DNA of 64,000 nt from Candidatus Levyibacteriota bacterium. Lineage in GTDB: Bacteria > Patescibacteriota > Microgenomatia > Levybacterales > GWA1-39-11. Shown piece after piece: positions 1 to 10,703 of the stretch (positions are counted from its first letter, which is position 1; each line of letters opens with the position of its first letter). The translations under genes and the position numbers were made by a program. The notes below the pieces were generated by a model that ran no database searches, was not told the DNA's origin, and saw only the letters and a program-made list of their open reading frames with translations. Location of the stretch: contig JAGORM010000001.1 in assembly GCA_018062815.1 (NCBI GenBank), forward strand, positions 160,774 to 224,773. Direction: 5' to 3'.

Positions 1-1152
1 ATGATTGTTGTGATAAATATATTTTCAAATCGTCTGGTGTTGCGTCCTGAGATTTTTAGTTTCATTTTTTTAAGTCTATTTATCTTAATAATTGAAAAAT
101 TTAAACAAAGCAGAAATTATAAGCTACTATATCTTCTTCCTTTTATGCAATTATTATGGGTAAACACTCATGTTTTTTTCTTTTTTGGTCCCATCCTATA
201 TTTATTTTTTTTGATAGAGGAATCAATACGGGAAAGAGTATTTATAAATTTGAGACTAATTATTATTCTTTTCTTTATTCTTTTCGCGTGTGTGTTAAAT
301 CCACTGTTTTTAGTTGGTGCTCTTTATCCTCTATTGGTGTTTAACAGTTACGGACCACAGATAAATGAGAACCTCAGCCCTTTCTCGGGAAATCCTTTAT
401 TTATTGCCGACTACTCGTATTATATTTGGTTTTTTGAAGTGACTGTTGCGTTATTTTTTATAGGAATTTTATCTAATTTTAAAAAAGTTCCTCTGTTTCT
501 AAGTTTTAATACAATTTTTTTCATATTTTTATCATTTATAATGGTTAGAGCATTTCCGTTATTTGCTCTTGCCTCAATATTACCGTTATCTATCATGTTC
601 ACTTTTATTGAACTCAAAATAAAAGTAGAAAATAAGCAGATAGTTTTCTTGATAAAGACACTAATTGTAATAGTTCTTTCCATAATAGTTGTGTTTCAGT
701 TAGGCACTTTGGTTGGGCAGAAGAAAATGTCACCACATTTCATGGTTGAAAAGTTAAATGGTATAGATTTTGTATATAAACATAAAATAAAAGGTCCGAT
801 ATTTAATAGTCTAGGAATAGGGGGGTATGTAATATATAAATTATATCCTGTAGAAAAAGTCTATATAGATGCGCGACCTGACGCATATCCAACAAGTTTT
901 ATAAATAATTATCAGAAGCATTTTACTGATCCAAATTTTTTTCAGCAACAGTTAGTTAAATATAAGTTTAACTCACTAATAATTGCAAAAGATGAAAATT
1001 ATTATTGGACAAATAATCTTATTGAATACTTAATAAAAAGTAGAAATTGGATAATTGTATATGAAGATATCTTTACTACCGTTTTAGTAAGAAATAGTAA
1101 TGTAAACATGAATATAATTGAGAAATTCGGAATCACAAAGGATAATGAATAA
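1..1152 (+). CDS. Polytopic membrane protein with a soluble C-terminal domain. Possibly 5'-partial at the window edge, possibly a GT-C-like glycosyltransferase.
   Basis: Long ORF with ~8 hydrophobic helices in the N-terminal 230 aa and a soluble C-terminal ~150 aa. Very AT-rich codon usage. It starts exactly at position 1, so the upstream continuation is unknown. Confidence 0.45.
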   Translation: MIVVINIFSNRLVLRPEIFSFIFLSLFILIIEKFKQSRNYKLLYLLPFMQLLWVNTHVFFFFGPILYLFFLIEESIRERVFINLRLIIILFFILFACVLNPLFLVGALYPLLVFNSYGPQINENLSPFSGNPLFIADYSYYIWFFEVTVALFFIGILSNFKKVPLFLSFNTIFFIFLSFIMVRAFPLFALASILPLSIMFTFIELKIKVENKQIVFLIKTLIVIVLSIIVVFQLGTLVGQKKMSPHFMVEKLNGIDFVYKHKIKGPIFNSLGIGGYVIYKLYPVEKVYIDARPDAYPTSFINNYQKHFTDPNFFQQQLVKYKFNSLIIAKDENYYWTNNLIEYLIKSRNWIIVYEDIFTTVLVRNSNVNMNIIEKFGITKDNE

Positions 1153-1684
1153 AAAACTTGGAGTATTAATTTTGTTTCAGCTCAGCAGTTTTGTTTTAGG
1201 GACAATATTATTTATTATTTTGTTTAGGCTTAATTTATTCTTATTTGTTGACACAATTTTCTATAGAGGAATAGCTCTTCTCATCCTTACCTGCATTATT
1301 ATGATTGGATTGCTTTTGTTGTTCAAGAAAAGCAGATATGGAGGAATTATTGAACACAAGGACATACTTATGTGTTTGATAATGGTTTTTTCATTTAATC
1401 TTGTTATTTTTGCCCTCCTACCTGTGACTACAGACAGATCAATTTCAGTGATGATATTAAGAAATATGGATACTCAAAGAAGTATGAGTTTTACTCCCTA
1501 TCAACTAGAAGATCAACTTGATAAGATTCTCAGCAAAAAGCAGGCAGTTGCGAAACGGTTACATGAGCAAGTAGTTACGGGAAATATTAAAAAAACCCCT
1601 AAGGGGTATAAGATAACTGCTCAAGGGAGTTATTTGGTGCATCTATTTTCAGTCATAGATACAATATTTAATACAAAGAAATAA
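1145..1684 (+). CDS. Hypothetical small membrane protein (3-4 TM).
   Basis: ORF overlaps the stop of the upstream gene (translational coupling). MNKKLGVLILFQL... hydrophobic segments. No recognisable catalytic motif. Confidence 0.4.
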   Translation: MNKKLGVLILFQLSSFVLGTILFIILFRLNLFLFVDTIFYRGIALLILTCIIMIGLLLLFKKSRYGGIIEHKDILMCLIMVFSFNLVIFALLPVTTDRSISVMILRNMDTQRSMSFTPYQLEDQLDKILSKKQAVAKRLHEQVVTGNIKKTPKGYKITAQGSYLVHLFSVIDTIFNTKK

Positions 1685-1783
1685 TCACAAAACTTCTAAA
1701 GCTTATTGAAAATAATACAGGGAAAGTATATATAAAATCTCTCTTACAAGAATTTGAAATATTTTTCTGGTACAATAGTGAGC

Positions 1784-2725
1784 ATGCGGAAACTGATTGT
1801 TTTAGCTACACTTTTTGCAATTTTCATAATCGGGTTCTTTATTTGGTGGAAAAATGGAACTTCCGCGGTTAATATACGTGACAAGTCTGAAAAAGTTTTT
1901 GTAGTACAAAGAGGAGCAGGAATTCGCGCCATAGGAAACAATTTAAAGAAGGAAGGTCTTATAAGAGATCCGATTGTTTTCTTTCTATTTCTTAAAAAGA
2001 ATGATAAAGATACTACGATTCAGGCAGGAGATTATAAACTTTCCCCTTCAATGAATTTAGACCAATTGATAAATGCGATGTCCCATGGAACATTGGATAT
2101 ATGGGTGACAGTTCCTGAAGGTATGAGAGCAGATGAGATAGCGGATATTTTGCAGAATGACATTCCTTCTTACAGTTCCAGTTGGAGAGAAGAATTAAAT
2201 AAAAATGAAGGGTATCTTTTTCCTGATACATACCTATTTCCAAGAGATTCAGATATTGCGACAATAATATCTATTTTTAGGAATAATTTTGATAAGAAAA
2301 TTAGTGATGCAGGGTTATCTAACAGAAAAGATCTATCTGATATTATAATAATTGCGTCTCTGGTAGAGAGAGAGGCACTAAAAGACGATGAAAAACCGTA
2401 TATAGCTTCAGTTATATCAAATCGATTACGTGACGGAATGGCATTAGATATTGATGCGACATTACAATATGCAAAAGGGAAAGTAGGTGATAAGTGGTGG
2501 ACTGTGCCTGTTGGTGAAGATAGGAAAATTAATTCACCATATAACACTTACCAGAATCCCGGGCTTCCCCCTTTCCCCATTGCAAATCCAGGAATAGAGG
2601 CGATACGAGCAGCAGCCAATCCTGCCCAGTCTACTTATTATTATTATATTCATGATCAAAATGGTAATGTGCATTTTTCAAAAAGCCTTGAGGAACACCA
2701 AAGAAATATAGATAAATACCTCTAA
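1784..2725 (+). CDS. mltG: Endolytic murein transglycosylase MltG (YceG family).
   Basis: N-terminal TM helix, followed by YceG-like signature regions (LVEREA..., GLPPFPIANPG). The start was chosen at an ATG downstream of the TTG that opens the six-frame ORF. Confidence 0.7.
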   Translation: MRKLIVLATLFAIFIIGFFIWWKNGTSAVNIRDKSEKVFVVQRGAGIRAIGNNLKKEGLIRDPIVFFLFLKKNDKDTTIQAGDYKLSPSMNLDQLINAMSHGTLDIWVTVPEGMRADEIADILQNDIPSYSSSWREELNKNEGYLFPDTYLFPRDSDIATIISIFRNNFDKKISDAGLSNRKDLSDIIIIASLVEREALKDDEKPYIASVISNRLRDGMALDIDATLQYAKGKVGDKWWTVPVGEDRKINSPYNTYQNPGLPPFPIANPGIEAIRAAANPAQSTYYYYIHDQNGNVHFSKSLEEHQRNIDKYL

Positions 2726-2852
2726 AACAGATTTTTTAATGTAAGTTTTTCAATAAAGTAATAATTCTTCAATATACCCTTTTCATATAGGATTTTTAGC
2801 GTAAAAAAAATGCCTTTTTCTGCGTCAGGCTTAATGTGGGTAAAATTGGTGC

Positions 2853-2881
2853 TTGACATGTCTTAATATAGGTTGTATAAA
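2853..2881 (+). promoter_or_regulatory. Sigma70-like promoter upstream of rpoB (TTGACA-17-TATAAA).
   Basis: TTGACA at 2853-2858, a 17-nt spacer, then TATAAA at 2876-2881, ~85 nt upstream of the rpoB ATG. Confidence 0.5.
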
Positions 2882-2965
2882 TACATAACGCATCCTGAAC
2901 AAATAGGGGTATTCGTACCTTCTGTTGTTTTTTGCGTTTAAAAGGTCTTCTACAATTAATTCCAA

Positions 2966-5900
2966 ATGGCAAAAAAAGTCGGAAAAACAAAATTAGCTTC
3001 AAAAACAATAATGAAGCGATCTGATTGGGGCAAAAAATATACAAATTTACCAGAATTAGATCTTATCTCCATCCAACACGAGTCATATAATTGGTTTATT
3101 GAAGAAGGTATAAAAGAAGTAATTTCAGAAATTTCCCCTATTGAAGATTTCACCGGAAAAAATTGGGAACTTACGCTAGGAGACTACAAATTAGGAAATC
3201 CAAAAATTACAGAGGAAATGGGTATTAAAAAAGGACTTACCTATTTTTCTCCCCTAGTTGTAGAGGCAAGTCTTCTTAATAAAAAAACAGGAAAGCGAGT
3301 GAAGCAAGACGTATTTTTAGGTGAAGTACCTAAGATGACTGACCGTGGAACATTTATAGTAAATGGGATTGAGCGCGTTATTGTTAATCAAATTGTTCGT
3401 TCTCCTGGAGTATTTTTTACAGCAGCAGAAGATCCAATTACTGGCCGCACGCTTTATACCGCAGAGTTAAGACCTGTTCATGGATCTTGGTTGGAGTTTT
3501 CTACTACCAGAAATGACATGATCGTTGTCAGAATTGATCGTAGAAAGAAATTCCTTGCATCCGTTTTCTTAAAATCACTTGGTCTTGAAGGTACTGAGAA
3601 TATTTATAAGAAATTTGAGGAAATTCCAGGAGCTGAGAAATTTATAAAGAATACATTGGGGAAAGACGAAACAAAGGGGGAAACCGATGCTCTTATAGAA
3701 ATATTTAAAAAAATGAATCCAGGAGAGCCTGTAGTTATTGATACTATCAGGCAAAATTTTAGAGACTTGTTCTTTGATAGAAGACGTTATGATCTTTCAA
3801 AAGTAGGAAGATACAAGATAAACAAAAAACTTAAAAATATTACCAATTTTGTTTCCTCAGAAGCGCTTACCTTAACGATGGACGATATAATAGGGATAAT
3901 TTCATATCTAATTGGTCTCGCGGAAGGTCGCGGTAAGGTAGATGATATTGACCATCTTTCAAACAGAAGAGTAAGAAGTGTCGGTGAGTTGGTGCAAACT
4001 ACTGCTTTTAGAGTCGGAGCTCTTCGTCTAGAGAGAATTATTAAGGAAAAAATGAGTCTTGCCTCAACCGAAGAGCAGTTTTCTCCTTCACACTTTATAA
4101 ATGCTCACCCAATTATTGCAGCGATAAATGAATTTTTCAGAACTTCCCAGTTGTCAGCTATTCTAGATCAAACTAACCCGCTTGCTGAAATTGATAACCT
4201 CCGCCGCTTGACCGTTATGGGTACAGGTGGAATATCCCGTGAGCGTGCTTCATTCTCTATCCGAGACATAAATGCTTCTCAGTATTCAAGAATATGTCCT
4301 GTTAGATCGCCAGAAGGGCCTAATATTGGTCTTGTTACGTATCTTGCTCTTTATACTCAGGTAAATGAGTTTGGTTTTCTTGAGGCTCCATATAAAAAAC
4401 TGATAAAAGAGAAAAAAGGACAAAAAACACGCATAAAGGTAAGTGATGAAGTTGTTTATATGGATGCAGATGAAGAATCAGACCATTATATTACACATGC
4501 AGATATAGCTATTGATGAAGATGGATACATAAAGGAAGAAATAGTTCCCGCAAGAATAAACGGAGAATACCTAGAAGTTGAGGCTGAAAAGATTGAGTTT
4601 ATTGATGTGGTTCCGCGACAGGTTGTTGGAACTAGTGCATCACTTATTCCATTTATTGATCATGATGAGGCAAATCGTGCCCTTATGGGTACTCACATGC
4701 AGTGTCAAGCCGTTCCGTTAGTAAAAACTGAAAGTCCAGTTGTCGGAACCGGTATGGAGGGTGCAGTTTCTTCCGCAATGAGTCGTGTAGTTAAAGCACC
4801 ATATGATGGTACAGTTACTTTTGTAGATGCAACTAAGCTTGTTTTGAAGGGGAATGCTCGTGGAGAGGAAGAAACATATCTTATTGATAAGTTCAGAAGG
4901 ACTGCGCAAAACACATTTTTCTCTCAGCGCCCAGTTGTTCCAGCCGGAACTGAAGTTAAAAAAGGAGATGTTTTAATAGACGGACCAGCTTCAGATATGG
5001 GAGAACTTGCCCTAGGTAAGAACCTTTTAATCGCTTATGCATCTTTTGATGGACTTGGATATGAGGACGGAATTGTAATTTCAGACAGATTAGTAAAAGA
5101 CGATTCACTTACGTCAATTCACATTGAGAAGTATGAGGCGACAGTTGTAGATACAAAGCTTGGGCCAGAAGAGACAACCCGTGATATCCCAAACGTTGCA
5201 GAAGAAGATCTCGCATATCTTGATGATGAAGGCGTGGTTGTTGTTGGATCAGAAGTAAGCCCAGGAGATATTTTAGTAGGAAAAATTGCACCAAAGGGAG
5301 AGACAGAGCTTACAGCAGAGGAGAGACTGTTACGAGCTATATTTGGAGAGAAAGCACGTGAAGTCAGAGACACATCACTGAGAATGCCTCATGGAGAGCA
5401 TGGAATCGTTATAAATGTTCAAATTCTTGATCGTGAAAAGGGAGACGAATTAGAACCAGGGACAATCAGAAAAATATTGATAGAGGTCGCTCAGATGAGG
5501 CATGTTGTAGTAGGAGACAAATTAGCAGGGCGTCACGGAAATAAGGGTGTTATTTCAAAGATTGTTCCTCAATCTGATATGCCTTATTTAGAGGATGGAA
5601 CACCAATAGATATTATTATTTCCCCGATTTCCGTTCTTTCACGTATGAATTTAGGACAGTTATTAGAATCCCATGTTGGGTGGGCAGCCCAGAGGCTTAA
5701 TATGAAGATAGGTATGCCAGCTTTTGAAAAACAGCCTGAAGATAGATTGTTTAATCTTATGAAAGAGGCTGGACTTCCTGTGAGTGGTAAAGTAAAATTG
5801 TTTGATGCTCGCACAGGAGATCAGTATGAGAATGAAGTTGTTGTGGGAATAGGCTATATCATGAAGCTAATCCATATGGTAGAGGATAAGGCGCATGCAC

Positions 5901-6391
5901 GTTCTACTGGACCATACTCATTGGTTACTCAACAGCCACTTGGAGGAAAGGCACAAATGGGAGGACAGCGTTTGGGAGAGATGGAAGTTTGGGCACTTGA
6001 AGCACATCGTGCTGCATATACTCTTCAGGAGATGTTAACAACAAAATCAGATGACGTTGCAGGTCGAGCGAAGGCATTCGAGGCGATTATTAAGGGTGTT
6101 GACATTCCTACACCGAAAGTGCCAGAATCCTTTAAGGTTCTTATCCGTGAGCTTGAATCACTTGGTATGATGATTCAACCGACTGAAGCAGTTGTTGCGG
6201 TAGAGCCAGATGAAACAGAAGAACAATTAAATGAGGAAGAAAAGACAATAAAGGAAGCGGCTGATTTAGCTGAAGCTACAGAATCACTTGAAGTAGATGT
6301 TGCAAGCGCAGATGATGCAATCATAAAAGATGTTGCAACTACAGAATCAGAAGAAAATCTTGAAGCTGCAGAGATAAAGGAATCAAACTAA
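2966..6391 (+). CDS. rpoB: DNA-directed RNA polymerase subunit beta, with an acidic C-terminal tail.
   Basis: 1141-aa protein. Conserved beta-subunit blocks are present (e.g. GEMEVWALEAHRAAY...). The rpoC start follows 1 nt after the stop. Confidence 0.97.
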   Translation: MAKKVGKTKLASKTIMKRSDWGKKYTNLPELDLISIQHESYNWFIEEGIKEVISEISPIEDFTGKNWELTLGDYKLGNPKITEEMGIKKGLTYFSPLVVEASLLNKKTGKRVKQDVFLGEVPKMTDRGTFIVNGIERVIVNQIVRSPGVFFTAAEDPITGRTLYTAELRPVHGSWLEFSTTRNDMIVVRIDRRKKFLASVFLKSLGLEGTENIYKKFEEIPGAEKFIKNTLGKDETKGETDALIEIFKKMNPGEPVVIDTIRQNFRDLFFDRRRYDLSKVGRYKINKKLKNITNFVSSEALTLTMDDIIGIISYLIGLAEGRGKVDDIDHLSNRRVRSVGELVQTTAFRVGALRLERIIKEKMSLASTEEQFSPSHFINAHPIIAAINEFFRTSQLSAILDQTNPLAEIDNLRRLTVMGTGGISRERASFSIRDINASQYSRICPVRSPEGPNIGLVTYLALYTQVNEFGFLEAPYKKLIKEKKGQKTRIKVSDEVVYMDADEESDHYITHADIAIDEDGYIKEEIVPARINGEYLEVEAEKIEFIDVVPRQVVGTSASLIPFIDHDEANRALMGTHMQCQAVPLVKTESPVVGTGMEGAVSSAMSRVVKAPYDGTVTFVDATKLVLKGNARGEEETYLIDKFRRTAQNTFFSQRPVVPAGTEVKKGDVLIDGPASDMGELALGKNLLIAYASFDGLGYEDGIVISDRLVKDDSLTSIHIEKYEATVVDTKLGPEETTRDIPNVAEEDLAYLDDEGVVVVGSEVSPGDILVGKIAPKGETELTAEERLLRAIFGEKAREVRDTSLRMPHGEHGIVINVQILDREKGDELEPGTIRKILIEVAQMRHVVVGDKLAGRHGNKGVISKIVPQSDMPYLEDGTPIDIIISPISVLSRMNLGQLLESHVGWAAQRLNMKIGMPAFEKQPEDRLFNLMKEAGLPVSGKVKLFDARTGDQYENEVVVGIGYIMKLIHMVEDKAHARSTGPYSLVTQQPLGGKAQMGGQRLGEMEVWALEAHRAAYTLQEMLTTKSDDVAGRAKAFEAIIKGVDIPTPKVPESFKVLIRELESLGMMIQPTEAVVAVEPDETEEQLNEEEKTIKEAADLAEATESLEVDVASADDAIIKDVATTESEENLEAAEIKESN

Positions 6392-6392
6392 T

Positions 6393-9300
6393 ATGGATAA
6401 TAATTTAGCTAAAAAAAGACAAAATCGAAAATTTGACGCAATTAACATATCAGACTTTAAGGGTCTTAAGATATTAGTTGCAGATCCGACAACTATAAAA
6501 GATCTTTCATATGGTGAAGTAACAAAACCGGAAACCATAAACTATAGAACTTATAGACCTGAAAAAGATGGATTATTTGATGAAAGAATCTTCGGTCCAA
6601 CGAAAGATTTTGAATGTTACTGTGGGAAATATAAAAGAATACGCTATAAGGGAATTGTTTGTGATAGATGCGGAGTTGAGGTAACTTATTCTCGCGTAAG
6701 ACGTGAACGTATGGGACATATCTCACTTGCTACTCCTGTAGTGCATGTATGGTTTTCTAAGGGAACTCCCTCTAAATTATCAACATTATTAGATATTTCT
6801 CAAAAAGAGCTTGAGTCGGTTGTATATTTTGCTTCTTATTTAGTTGTTGAGCTTGACGAGAATAAAAGGAAAGAAGCTCAAAAGGTTTTGGCAGAATTGA
6901 AGAGTAAGAGAATTGAGAAAATAAAAGAGCAGGTTGATGAGGAAAGAGAAAAATTAGCACACGAAGAGGCAGATAAGTTAAAGGAAATTGAGGCAACTCT
7001 TTCAGAAGAACAAAAGAAACTAGTTCTTGAAGAAACAAGAGTAACCTTTAGACAAAAAAATATTGCGCTTGATAAAAGGCTAGAGACAGAAAGCGCAAGA
7101 ACAGAAGAAATTCTTACACGCGTATCAGATATAGTTAAAAGTCTAAAGCTTTGGAATGTATTGTCTGAAGAGGAATATGTACGTCTAATTGAGTATGATA
7201 TTCCGTTATTCTTTGAGGTTTCAACTGGGGCACAAGCAGTGCTTGCCGCAATTGAGTCAGTTGATACGCAAAAGCTTGTGGGTGAACTTCGTGAAGAAGT
7301 TAAAAAATCAGCCGGTCAGAAGCAGCTAAAGCTACTAAAAAGACTCCATCTTATTGAATCAATTAATAAGGCAGGGTTTAAGCCAGACTCATTAATCTTG
7401 AGAATTCTTCCGGTGCTTCCGCCAGATCTTCGACCAATGGTTCAGCTTAATGGGGGAAGATTCGCAACATCTGATCTCAATGATCTATATAGGCGTGTTA
7501 TTAATAGAAATAACAGGTTAAAGCATCTTATTTCATTGGGTGCTCCTGAGATTATTTTAAGAAATGAGAAAAGAATGCTTCAGGAGGCAGTCGATTACTT
7601 AATTGACACATCAATTAGGACTTCTACTACTCAAAGACAATTTAAATCTTTATCTGATATTCTTCGCGGAAAACAAGGAAGATTTAGAAAAAACCTCTTG
7701 GGTAAGCGTGTAGATTATTCTGGTCGTTCGGTTATTATTGTGGGTCCTGAGTTAACATTAAATCAGTGTGGACTTCCAAAGGAGATGGCGCTTGAACTCT
7801 TTAAGCCGTTTGTTATTCGTGAGGTTATAACACGTGGATTAACAACCCCAAATGCGAAGGCTGCAAAGCGCTTTATAGAAAAACGTCCGCCAGAGGTTTT
7901 TGACATTTTGGAGGAAATAACCAAAAATCACCCTGTTCTTCTAAATCGTGCACCAACCCTTCATAAATTAGGAATTCAGGCATTTTATCCTGTCTTGGTA
8001 GAAGGATCAGCTATAAGAATTCATCCATGTGTTTGTGCAGGATATAACGCTGACTTTGATGGAGATCAGATGGCTATTCACGTTCCATTATCATCTCGCG
8101 CTCAAGAGGAAGCAATTAAGCTTATGATGCCTGAGCATAATTTGCTTAAGCCTGCAGATGGGTCTCCAATTACTCTCCCTAATAAAGAAATGGCTTTGGG
8201 TGTATTCTACTTTACTTCAGTAGACGAGAGACTAAGGCGTGAAGTCCTCCCACATTTTGTTGACGAGCAAGAAGCATTTTTTGCATTTTCTCTTAAGAAA
8301 ATTGCACTTCGTGAGCCTATCATGGTAAGAATTAAAGGAAAATTAACAGATACTAGCATCGGAAGAATTTTGTTTAATGAAAAACTTCCAGAAAAAATGC
8401 GATATGTGAACACAGAAGTTAAAGCATCAACAATTAAAGAGTTAGTAACTCGCGCAATGGTTGAGTTAACTGAAGGAGAGGTAGGAAAATTGATTGATAG
8501 CATTAAAGAGATTGGGTTCTATTCAGCTACAATTTCTGGTATTTCTGTTTCCACATTTGATCTTAAAATGCTTGATAACAAAAACCAACTTATTTTAGAT
8601 GCTGAAAAAAAGGTTATGGATATTGAAAATGAGTATCAGCAGGGACTTATTACTCTTTCAGAGCAAAAAAGATTAATGAATAATGTTTGGCTTGAAGCAA
8701 CTGAAAAAATAGCCAATCTTACATGGGAGTTATTTGACAAAAATGATATGGTAAGAATTATTGCGGAATCAGGTGGAGCTCGTGCTGGAAAAGACCAAAT
8801 CAAGCAGCTTGCAGCTATGCGTGGACTTATTTATGATCCGCTTGGTCGTATTGTTGAGCTTCCAATCAAATCTAATTTCCGTGAGGGATTGTCTATTTTT
8901 GAATATGTAAACTCTGCTCGTGGATCAAGAAAAGGTCTTACTGATTCAGCGCTAAAAACTGCAGACGCTGGGTATTTAACTCGTAGATTGGTTGATGTTG
9001 CCCATGATGTAATCATTCGTGAAATGGATTGTGGTACTGTGGAGGGTATGCCTGTTGATATGAAGATGCGCGAGAATGCAGCATACATGACGAATATGCT
9101 TCTCGGAAGAACGGTAATGCATGATGTTGGGAAGGGTAAAAATGCGTATGTTAAGAAGGGTGAACAAATAGACCATGATACATTGCCACAAATCTTAACT
9201 GACGAAGTTACTGAAACTATCATGGTAAGATCCCCTCTTTATTGCAGATTGAAATACGGTCTTTGTGCGCTTTGTTACGGATGGGACATGAGTTCATATA

Positions 9301-10169
9301 AGCTTGCTGATATGGGAACTCCAGTTGGAGTTATTGCGGCTCAATCAATTGGAGAGCCAGGTACGCAGCTTACCATGCGTGTTAAACATTTTGGTGGAGT
9401 TGTTATGTCTGACGTGACACAAGGACTTCCACGCGTTGAAGAATTGTTTGAGGTTAGAAGACCAAAAAATCTTGCTCCTGTTGCTGAAATTACAGGTAAG
9501 GTTCAGGTAAACAAAGTGGATGATGGGTTCATCATTCGTGTAAGAAATGCGAAGGTTAAACCTGTTGAAGAACGTGAATATTTTGTTCCACTTACTGCAA
9601 GCCTATTAGTTACTGAAGGTGAAGAGGTAGTTGCAGGTACAAGGCTCTGTGAGGGTTACCTAGACCCAAGAGATGTACTAAAGGTATCAGGACTTCAAAA
9701 AGCTCAAGATTACTTGATTGCTGAGGTTCAGAATGTGTATGAGTCTCAAGGAATTTCTATTCATTATAAGCATTTTGAAACAATAACACGTAAGATGTCA
9801 GATAAAGTAATGGTTGAGACGCCAGGGGATACTGCTCTTCTTCCGGGAGATTTAGTAAGTAAACTGCGCTTTGAGGAAGAGAATGCAAATGTTATTGCTG
9901 AAGGAGGAGAGCCTGCTTCCGCACGAGAAATTATACTTGGTATTACTAAAGCAGCTTTGGTAACAGATTCATGGCTTTCTGCATCTTCATTCCAGGAGAC
10001 AACTCAGGTGTTAACTGACGCAGCTCTAGAAGGTAAAGAGGATAATCTCATAGGACTTAAAGAGAATGTTATTGTCGGACGCTTAATACCAGTACGTGAG
10101 GACTTTATGGAGGGTAATACCGCTATAATTAATGCTGAAAAGCCTCAAATGGAGACACCACAGGCATAA
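6393..10169 (+). CDS. rpoC: DNA-directed RNA polymerase subunit beta'.
   Basis: Zn-finger CYCGKY...CDRCGVEV, the catalytic NADFDGDQM motif, and a long coiled-coil insertion at ~aa 140-330. Confidence 0.97.
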   Translation: MDNNLAKKRQNRKFDAINISDFKGLKILVADPTTIKDLSYGEVTKPETINYRTYRPEKDGLFDERIFGPTKDFECYCGKYKRIRYKGIVCDRCGVEVTYSRVRRERMGHISLATPVVHVWFSKGTPSKLSTLLDISQKELESVVYFASYLVVELDENKRKEAQKVLAELKSKRIEKIKEQVDEEREKLAHEEADKLKEIEATLSEEQKKLVLEETRVTFRQKNIALDKRLETESARTEEILTRVSDIVKSLKLWNVLSEEEYVRLIEYDIPLFFEVSTGAQAVLAAIESVDTQKLVGELREEVKKSAGQKQLKLLKRLHLIESINKAGFKPDSLILRILPVLPPDLRPMVQLNGGRFATSDLNDLYRRVINRNNRLKHLISLGAPEIILRNEKRMLQEAVDYLIDTSIRTSTTQRQFKSLSDILRGKQGRFRKNLLGKRVDYSGRSVIIVGPELTLNQCGLPKEMALELFKPFVIREVITRGLTTPNAKAAKRFIEKRPPEVFDILEEITKNHPVLLNRAPTLHKLGIQAFYPVLVEGSAIRIHPCVCAGYNADFDGDQMAIHVPLSSRAQEEAIKLMMPEHNLLKPADGSPITLPNKEMALGVFYFTSVDERLRREVLPHFVDEQEAFFAFSLKKIALREPIMVRIKGKLTDTSIGRILFNEKLPEKMRYVNTEVKASTIKELVTRAMVELTEGEVGKLIDSIKEIGFYSATISGISVSTFDLKMLDNKNQLILDAEKKVMDIENEYQQGLITLSEQKRLMNNVWLEATEKIANLTWELFDKNDMVRIIAESGGARAGKDQIKQLAAMRGLIYDPLGRIVELPIKSNFREGLSIFEYVNSARGSRKGLTDSALKTADAGYLTRRLVDVAHDVIIREMDCGTVEGMPVDMKMRENAAYMTNMLLGRTVMHDVGKGKNAYVKKGEQIDHDTLPQILTDEVTETIMVRSPLYCRLKYGLCALCYGWDMSSYKLADMGTPVGVIAAQSIGEPGTQLTMRVKHFGGVVMSDVTQGLPRVEELFEVRRPKNLAPVAEITGKVQVNKVDDGFIIRVRNAKVKPVEEREYFVPLTASLLVTEGEEVVAGTRLCEGYLDPRDVLKVSGLQKAQDYLIAEVQNVYESQGISIHYKHFETITRKMSDKVMVETPGDTALLPGDLVSKLRFEEENANVIAEGGEPASAREIILGITKAALVTDSWLSASSFQETTQVLTDAALEGKEDNLIGLKENVIVGRLIPVREDFMEGNTAIINAEKPQMETPQA

Positions 10170-10258
10170 CTTTGATAGTAGAGCTCAAATTTCAAACTCC
10201 AGTATTAACTTGTGGCCCTGGTAATTTGAGGCAAAATATTGTAAAATAGGAACTTAAT

Positions 10259-10684
10259 ATGCCTACATTAAATCAACTCGTCAAAAAAGGACGTTCAAAA
10301 AAAGGTAAAAAGGTTAAAGCAACTGGTTTGCGAACTACATTTAATGCAAGAACCAGAACATATGGTAAACTTTCATCTCCCCAAAAACGTGGTGTTGTAA
10401 CGCTTGTTAAAACAATGACTCCTAAGAAACCAAATTCAGCGCTTCGTAAAGTTGCGCGTATTAAACTTTCCAATCGCGAAGAGGTAACAGCATATATTCA
10501 AGGTATTGGGCATAATTTAGCAGAGCATGGAATAGTTTTGGTTCGTGGAGGAAGAGTTAAAGATTTACCAGGAGTAAAATACCATTTAGTGCGTGGGAAA
10601 TTTGATTTAGCTGGCGTTGATGGTAGAAAATCATCTCGTTCAAAGTATGGAGCAAAAAATTCTGGAGGAGGAGCTGCTGCCTAA
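10259..10684 (+). CDS. rpsL: 30S ribosomal protein S12.
   Basis: [12 protein letters not shown]...PNSALRKV... canonical S12 sequence, with a short Gly/Ala C-terminal tail. Confidence 0.95.
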   Translation: MPTLNQLVKKGRSKKGKKVKATGLRTTFNARTRTYGKLSSPQKRGVVTLVKTMTPKKPNSALRKVARIKLSNREEVTAYIQGIGHNLAEHGIVLVRGGRVKDLPGVKYHLVRGKFDLAGVDGRKSSRSKYGAKNSGGGAAA

Positions 10685-10703
10685 AAGGTGGGAGTAATAA
10701 ATT

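Noticed and set aside
4705-4914. Antisense ORFs inside rpoB/rpoC (4705-4914, 4718-4909, 5109-5373, 5584-5814, 6493-7038, 8207-9223).
   Set aside because: They are fully embedded in highly conserved RNAP coding sequence on the opposite strand. They are short, with no RBS or motifs, and are typical shadow ORFs.
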